A stretch of 64,000 nucleotides of DNA, taken from the NCBI GenBank assembly GCA_964016885.1, contig OZ024746.1, positions 79,670,001 through 79,734,000 of the forward strand, written 5' to 3'. This document shows, in pieces, positions 56,136 through 64,000 of the stretch. The notes beneath the pieces are model-generated. The model did no database searches. It saw nothing but the letters and a program-made list of their open reading frames with translations, and was not told the DNA's origin. The translations under genes were made by a program, and so were the position numbers. Every line of letters begins with the position of its first letter. Position 1 is the first letter of the stretch. The stretch comes from Eledone cirrhosa (Eukaryota).

Positions 56136-56219
<84 letters not shown>

Positions 56220-56538
56220 AAGAAGAAGAAGGATCATGATGAGTCAGCGTTGCGGACGGGAATGGCGGCCCTCAATGAAGCAATCACTGGGGCAAAGGTA
56301 ATCAAGGCGTCCACTTTATATCTGCACTCAGAGACAGAAATTCTCATCAAAACATCCCCGAAGGGTGTTTTGATTAATTTCTGATGGAGTGTTTGTTTAT
56401 CATATATATATATATATATATATATAACTGTGTGGTGATGGTGATGGTATTGGTAATATGTGCGTATATATATGTGTGTGTGTGTTTGTATGTAATATAT
56501 TGGGCACGAGAATTCATATATTAGTGTCTATTAGTGAT

Positions 56539-56708
<170 letters not shown>

Positions 56709-56725
56709 ATATATATGTATATATG

Positions 56726-56777
<52 letters not shown>

Positions 56778-56824
56778 CATATATATATGTGTGTATATAT
56801 ATATATATGTGTGTATATATATAC

Positions 56825-56871
<47 letters not shown>

Positions 56872-56885
56872 TGTATTTATATATG

Positions 56886-56924
<39 letters not shown>

Positions 56925-57172
56925 TTGTGAGTGTATATGTTTGTATACATATATATATACATATGTACGAATATATATATATTATTATGTATGTATAAGT
57001 ACATGCGTAAACGTATTCATTATATATAATAATATATTTCTGCTAGATCAAGAAAATAAATATAAATAAATATATATTATTAAATATTATTAACATACGT
57101 GGTTATACACATCTGTAGACACACGCCACACATGTATGTATATAGATAAATAAAAATACATATATGTTTATG

Positions 57173-57272
<100 letters not shown>

Positions 57273-57282
57273 AAAATATATG

Positions 57283-57342
<60 letters not shown>

Positions 57343-57693
57343 TATATAGTTAATATCTATATATATATATATATACACAACACTCATATTTATGGAAGCA
57401 CTGAAAGTAATTAATAAACACCGAACGAAATATATCTGTTCATTCAATTCTCATTTCCATCCAATATTTATTGATATATCTATATACGCACACATACAAT
57501 CACACACTCTTACAGTCAAACACACATATACATAAATATATATATATATATATATACACATATATGTATGTATGTACATATATATACATGTGTCTACATA
57601 TTATATATCTTATTTTTAATATATGAATATGTTTATTTATACATACATATATATATATATATTTATATATATACATACATATATATACATATA

Positions 57694-57762
<69 letters not shown>

Positions 57763-57861
57763 TATGTGTAGAAGTAAACACAGTAAACACATGTCTAAAA
57801 TTACGAGGGTAGATTACACCACTGAGTATCTATATGAGTTAATAACTCTATATTTTATTTG

Positions 57862-57926
<65 letters not shown>

Positions 57927-57928
<2 letters not shown>

Positions 57929-58092
57929 CGAAGGAAATGTGGTAAGGAACCAGATGGACCATAACGCACCATAGTACTCAATACTTAGTGTAGTAGAGTG
58001 GGTAATAGGAACGAGTAGGACCCCGACGGCTGAGCTCAAGCCGTTTCGACGGCTAATTCTGGACTCTGAGTCCAGAATTAGCCGTCGAAACG
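57927..58092. mobile_element. Palindromic mini-element copy retaining the longest central hairpin
   Basis: cgtttcgacggctaattctggactc-t-gagtccagaattagccgtcgaaacg. Confidence 0.8.
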
Positions 58093-58123
58093 TCAAAACC
58101 AATACACGTACATACCTACGAAC

Positions 58124-58239
<116 letters not shown>

Positions 58240-58272
58240 ATATATGTAATGTATATATATATGTAATGTATA

Positions 58273-58310
<38 letters not shown>

Positions 58311-58419
58311 GTTTCACGCCATCGGTACTCTGAGTTTTATTCACGTAACATATTTGATTATCCACAGAATACATTGTCTGACAGATCACACGTGTAACTG
58401 GTGTGTGTAAAATTGACTG

Positions 58420-58467
<48 letters not shown>

Positions 58468-58570
58468 CGTAGGTATGTATGTGTACTGGTTTATCTACAC
58501 ATATCTATATGCATATATACATACATACATATATACATTATATATATGTATATATATATATATATATATA

Positions 58571-58694
<124 letters not shown>

Positions 58695-58698
58695 TATA

Positions 58699-58741
<43 letters not shown>

Positions 58742-58854
58742 CCATATTTAAATGTATATATATATATATATGTTCGTAGGTATGTGTGTATTGGTTTATC
58801 TACACATATCTATGTGCATATATACATACATACATATATATATATGTATACATG

Positions 58855-58964
<110 letters not shown>

Positions 58965-59357
58965 ATATATATATATGTAGGTAGGTATATGTATAAATAT
59001 ATCAATTCGACAAGAAGCCATTTTGCCGGCTGAAATACTTATTTGTACATTGTCAGTGGTGATAACAATGTCTAGTAATATATCTTGAGGCTGGTGGTTT
59101 TGACACAATTGAGAATATAATAAATGGACTGGAGAAATTAACAGAACCTCTCCTAAGCCGTTAGCTGCAATATTATCAGTATTTTGATTATCATCATCAC
59201 CAGCAGCACCAGTAGCAGTAGCAGTAGCAGTAGCAGTAGCAGTAGCAGTAGTCATACCTGCAAAAACAGCAGCAACTTCAAAAACATTATCGAAACTGAT
59301 AAAAACAAAACTTGCGTCGATAACAACCTCAGCAACAGTGGAAGAAATAATAATAAT

Positions 59358-59862
59358 AATAGTTTCTACGTTTGGCACAAGGCCAGCAATTATTCAGTGT
59401 ATTACTGGTACTTTATTTTATCGACCCCGTAAGGATGGAAGGCAAAGTTAACCTCGGCGGGATTTGAACTCAGAATGGCAAGGGCCGCAACTCTATGCGT
59501 CAAAGCATGGCGTCCGACCCTTTACCGATACTGCCAATCCACTGCCATTGTCCCCTATAAGGATAATAATGGTTTCATGTATTGGCCACAACTGCCGACA
59601 TATAGGGGACAATACAATAGACGGGTAAACCACAAGTGTACTACTACTAATACTAATAATAATAATAATAACAATAATAATAATAATAATAATAATGCTT
59701 CTACTTTTGGCACAAGGCCAGCAATTACCCCAGTGCATAACTGGTGTTTTATTTTATCGACCCCGTAAGGATGAAAGGAAAAGTTAACCTGGCGATTAAA
59801 TGAAGCACCAGTAATGCACTGGGGTAATTGCTAGCCTTGTGCCAAATGTAGAAACAATTATT
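59358..59862. mobile_element. Family A SINEs: full (-, 59358-59545), 3' part (-, 59696-59793) and inverted 3' part (+, 59803-59862)
   Basis: Diagnostic SINE tail and core motifs. Confidence 0.85.
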
Positions 59863-59979
59863 ATCATCATCATCATCGCCATCATCATCGTCGCCCCCCC
59901 CCCCCCCCGTAATATCATGATTATTATTATGATTATTATCATCAACATCATCGTAAACGTCTTCGCCGTCCGTCGTCAT

Positions 59980-60500
59980 ATTAAAAATACTTCACTTTCA
60001 ATCCTCTTTTGCTATCCAGGAGAGTTTGATGATTCCAGATGGTATCCGATTTTCATCGGGTGTTCCTTCCTTGTTTAGTATCACCACCTTGTTGATTGCT
60101 CGGCAAAAGGTAACCAAATCACTGCATATCTTCTACTAGCTTCCAACAGCTACTTTCTATTGTCCCATAAACACCGAGAAGTACGTTCTACGATCTCCCC
60201 AATCCTGCAAAATTCTGGCTTCTCTTTTCATGTCATTCTAATGGTTGTGACCTTTCTCCGCATCGACGGGGCATGGAATCCTATTCAATCAATTTTGTAT
60301 GGAATTACCATTGTCTACCATCTTTTTTCACTGTAATCCTGGAAAAGGTTCTGGTATTTGGTATCAGGATGATATCTTTGGCATTTCAGCCATAGAACCC
60401 CACGTGGCTTTAAAATTGACCAGACAACCTGGGGAATTACAGTTTTTCTTCCAGGTCAACCTCCACATCCCTGAGCCAGGCCTTCCTAAATTCTTGTAAA
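59980..60500 (-). mobile_element. Possible very decayed R4/Dong RLE relic
   Basis: Residual CPVD and LGVYGTI-like peptides; (taa/tga)n follows on the minus strand. Confidence 0.3.
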
Positions 60501-60704
60501 CGGTACGTTCCGTAATTTCTTTCTTTTATGTCTGTATGTATGTGCCTATAAATGTATATATCTATTAATGGATGATACAAACACACACACATATATATGT
60601 GTGTGTACGTAACTATTCATACACACACATATACATGTACATATCTATATGTGTGTGTCTATACATACACACACACACCCACACATACATATATATATAT
60701 ATGA

Positions 60705-60760
<56 letters not shown>

Positions 60761-60854
60761 TGTGTGTAGGCTTGTGTTTCTGTATGTGACATATATTTCT
60801 TGTTGCGTACTTGAATATATGTGTGTATGTATCTCTCTATATAAGTGTTTGTGA

Positions 60855-61006
<152 letters not shown>

Positions 61007-61626
61007 ATGGAGTAATATTTTCTCTATCAGTTATGCATTTCGAAGAAGACTGACTAATTAATACAGAGAATATGAAAGACATTTCCAAACTAATCTAGAA
61101 ACTTGTATTAGTTCTCAATGGACATATTTATTGGATATTAATTTGAAATTAGTAAGAATGTGATAGATTGTTCGATTTAAACGAACAATGTTTGGCCAGT
61201 GTCTCTTAATAATAGCTGGAAAATTAGAATTAATTATATTTCTGATGTTGATATTGTTGTCTTAACTCTGTTTATCGCTGTCTGTTTTCAGTTTCAATAT
61301 GAATGTCCTCTATAGATTTTTTAACTCCTAGTCAGAAGCTTGGTGCTTATAAACGCTTTCTAGGCCTCTGGGAGTGTGGGGGGGGGGGGGGGAGGCGAAA
61401 GAAAGGAAAAGAACGAAGGAAAGGAGTGAAGAGGGTGAACGCTTTCACCATATTCGATATTAGGTTCGAATGTTTGCAAGAAATTGGGCCACTAAAGACA
61501 CCGTAGTGCCCGGTGGTGGTGTTAGACGCGTAGGACGGATTCAGGCTACGACTGATGTTGGCTGTTGTAAAATTTGACCTCAGCGCGTAAAGAGTCGGAA
61601 TAAATGACCCACAATGTTCTTCTTCC

Positions 61627-61674
<48 letters not shown>

Positions 61675-61675
61675 T

Positions 61676-62060
<385 letters not shown>

Positions 62061-63731
62061 TGTCTAGTAAAAAATGTCCGTGGATGGAAAAAAAGGAAGA
62101 AGGAAGACAATGCTTGATGTAGTGTGAGAGCTGAATAGAAAACAAATATAGAAATAAAATGATCTATTCCGATGTGAAACCAGACGTTAGTTGATAGAGT
62201 GTGCAAATAATAATTACATTTAACCCCTAGGACATCATGAATACAGAACTGCAAGCTAACTAATTATTCATCAATAAAAACTGCAAATCTGCTTTTTACA
62301 GAGATAAGGCATACTTACCTCAATACATGAATGACTGAGGGATCCTCCGAACTGTATTGTGTTTGTCTGTGTTTAAAATATTTCGCCCATTTAGACAAAT
62401 AGTGCGAGTGGTTGCCATGTTAGTTAGGTTCAAAGGGCATATTTTGAGAGGAGGAATCGGTTCTGCCAAAATATTAGACAAAACTAGTCTACATAAAGAC
62501 AGTGTTCCATGATCAGTCTACATTATTGCACATTGAAAGATCACCACCACAGTTGCTCAACCAGCGGAAATATCTGCAAAACTTCTTTGAATCACACCCT
62601 ACCGTCTGGAAAAAAGCAAATTGTTGCAAAATGCAGCCCTGTCTGTTGTGAGCTTAGAAAAAGAACCAGATCGTCATGGTTGGAGCCCATTTAACCATAG
62701 GCCTGTTATAGCAGGGATTGACTGGAACGAAACAATAAGAAAATAGGATTATATTCAGGATAAATCTATTAATAATAAGACCATAATATCTAGCATAGGC
62801 ATTTAAGGGGAAGGATCCGTCGTTTAAATAGACCCCAGTATTTCAGTTTATCGACTTCGAATGAATGAACGGCAAAGTTGAACTAATTGGATTATATCCT
62901 AGAACGTAAAAATTTAGGGGAACATAGTATTTTTAATAGATTCGACAAAGTATAGCCAACATTAATTTAGCCATCAAAAGACAAATGACGGTACATAATT
63001 TCTACCTATTTACAATAAATTAGAAGTATGGTCATTTTCGTGTCTTAAGTGCTGATTGCACGAAACGTATCTTCCTCCTTTAGGCTGCTGGTCTAGCTGA
63101 CACATTTTGATTTAGCCAATGTCTTAATTTCTTTACAGGCATCTTCAAATATGGTTAAATACCAATCCTCAAATTAAACAAAAAAAGCACCAATGTTAGT
63201 GGCTAGGTGAGAGAAGCAGAGGAAACTAGAATTACCATTTTGTTATCAGATGCAAGCAAGTATTATCACACGACAGCATGATTAAGCAAGTAACATTTGT
63301 GACGTCTATCAGATAAATATTTCATTGTTGACAACAAGCAGTTTAAGTTGGTGTTTAATGCATTTAGCTATTCTCTTGAAGGTGGAAGTTTATTTGATTA
63401 TAAAGCAATAAACTTATACAATTTTCTCAAATGCATTAAGGCATTCGGTTCAATCAGACGGTTAGTGAGTTAGTCAGTTAGTAGGTTTGTCAATCGATTG
63501 ATCGAACGACACACACTTGTAAGTATGTTAAGACAGTCACTTCTATCGAAATATTCTTAGTAAATAAACAATATGTAAATTGCAAGACCTATTTTATTCT
63601 GTATTATTTTCTATTATATTCTGTAGCATTGGTTCTATAAACTATGTTCTTGTTATTGCTACTCACACCTGGTGCGGGAACCAGACAAATAAAGAGACAT
63701 ACAATAATGTCAACAAATGCAGGTAAATAAT

Positions 63732-63919
63732 TGTTTCTACTTTTGGCACAAGGCCAGCAATTATCCAGTGCATTACTGGTACTTTATTTTATCGACCCCG
63801 TAAGGATGAAAGGCAAAGTTAACCTCGGCGGGATTTGAACTCAAACCATAAAGGGGCGTAACTCTTTGCTGCAAAGCATAGCGTCAGACCCTCTACCGAT
63901 ACTGCCAATCCACCGCCCT
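63732..63919 (-). mobile_element. Full-length family A SINE with perfect 16-bp TSD
   Basis: aatgcaggtaaataat at 63716-63731 and 63920-63935. Confidence 0.93.
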
Positions 63920-63969
63920 AATGCAGGTAAATAATATGTAGAAACGAGGCGTCAAAATATTATCATTAC

Positions 63970-64000
63970 GTTTATTCAAGTGTGACGCGCGTTTCGCGAT
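63970..64000 (-). ncRNA. HHR 3' half running off the window end
   Basis: Minus strand: gc-GAAA-cgcgcg-TC-acac. Confidence 0.4.

Noticed and set aside
56125-56190. Dong as the mobilising partner of SINE family A
   Set aside because: The SINE sense tail is (TTA)n while the Dong tail is (TAA)n, and no shared 3' sequence is visible
61485-61605. Tandem HHR-like words (ctaaaga.., ctgatgt..)
   Set aside because: Too degenerate; GAAA is absent
62311-62320. U1 snRNA 5' end (atacttacct)
   Set aside because: Similarity stops after 10 nt; better read as a minus-strand splice donor or chance
63085-63175. Protein-like minus-strand stretch DWYLTIFEDACKEIKTLAKSKCVS*
   Set aside because: Short, with no recognisable homology or firm splice support

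Overview
AT-rich, microsatellite-saturated animal genomic DNA, most likely a coleoid cephalopod such as Octopus (inferred from the repeat content). It reads as intronic or intergenic, and no host gene can be assembled with confidence; most ORF-track entries are (TA)n/(CA)n/(CCA)n artefacts. Real content: an apparently intact R4/Dong-clade LINE (1130-aa RT + CCHC + RLE) between (TAA)n arrays plus two relics, two decayed L1/Tx1-like LINEs, RTE-derived bipartite elements, many tRNA-derived SINEs of two families (some with target-site duplications, some in tandem), three Tc1/mariner-type MITEs, a foldback and minisatellites. The most notable signal is a set of short islands inside (TA)n arrays that carry minimal type I hammerhead ribozyme (HHR) motifs of the Penelope-like element (PLE)/retrozyme kind. 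Several unrelated copies have a compensated U3-A8 core (UUGANAA), and many are folded back into inverted repeats whose axis lies at or next to the ribozyme. All folds were read by eye.
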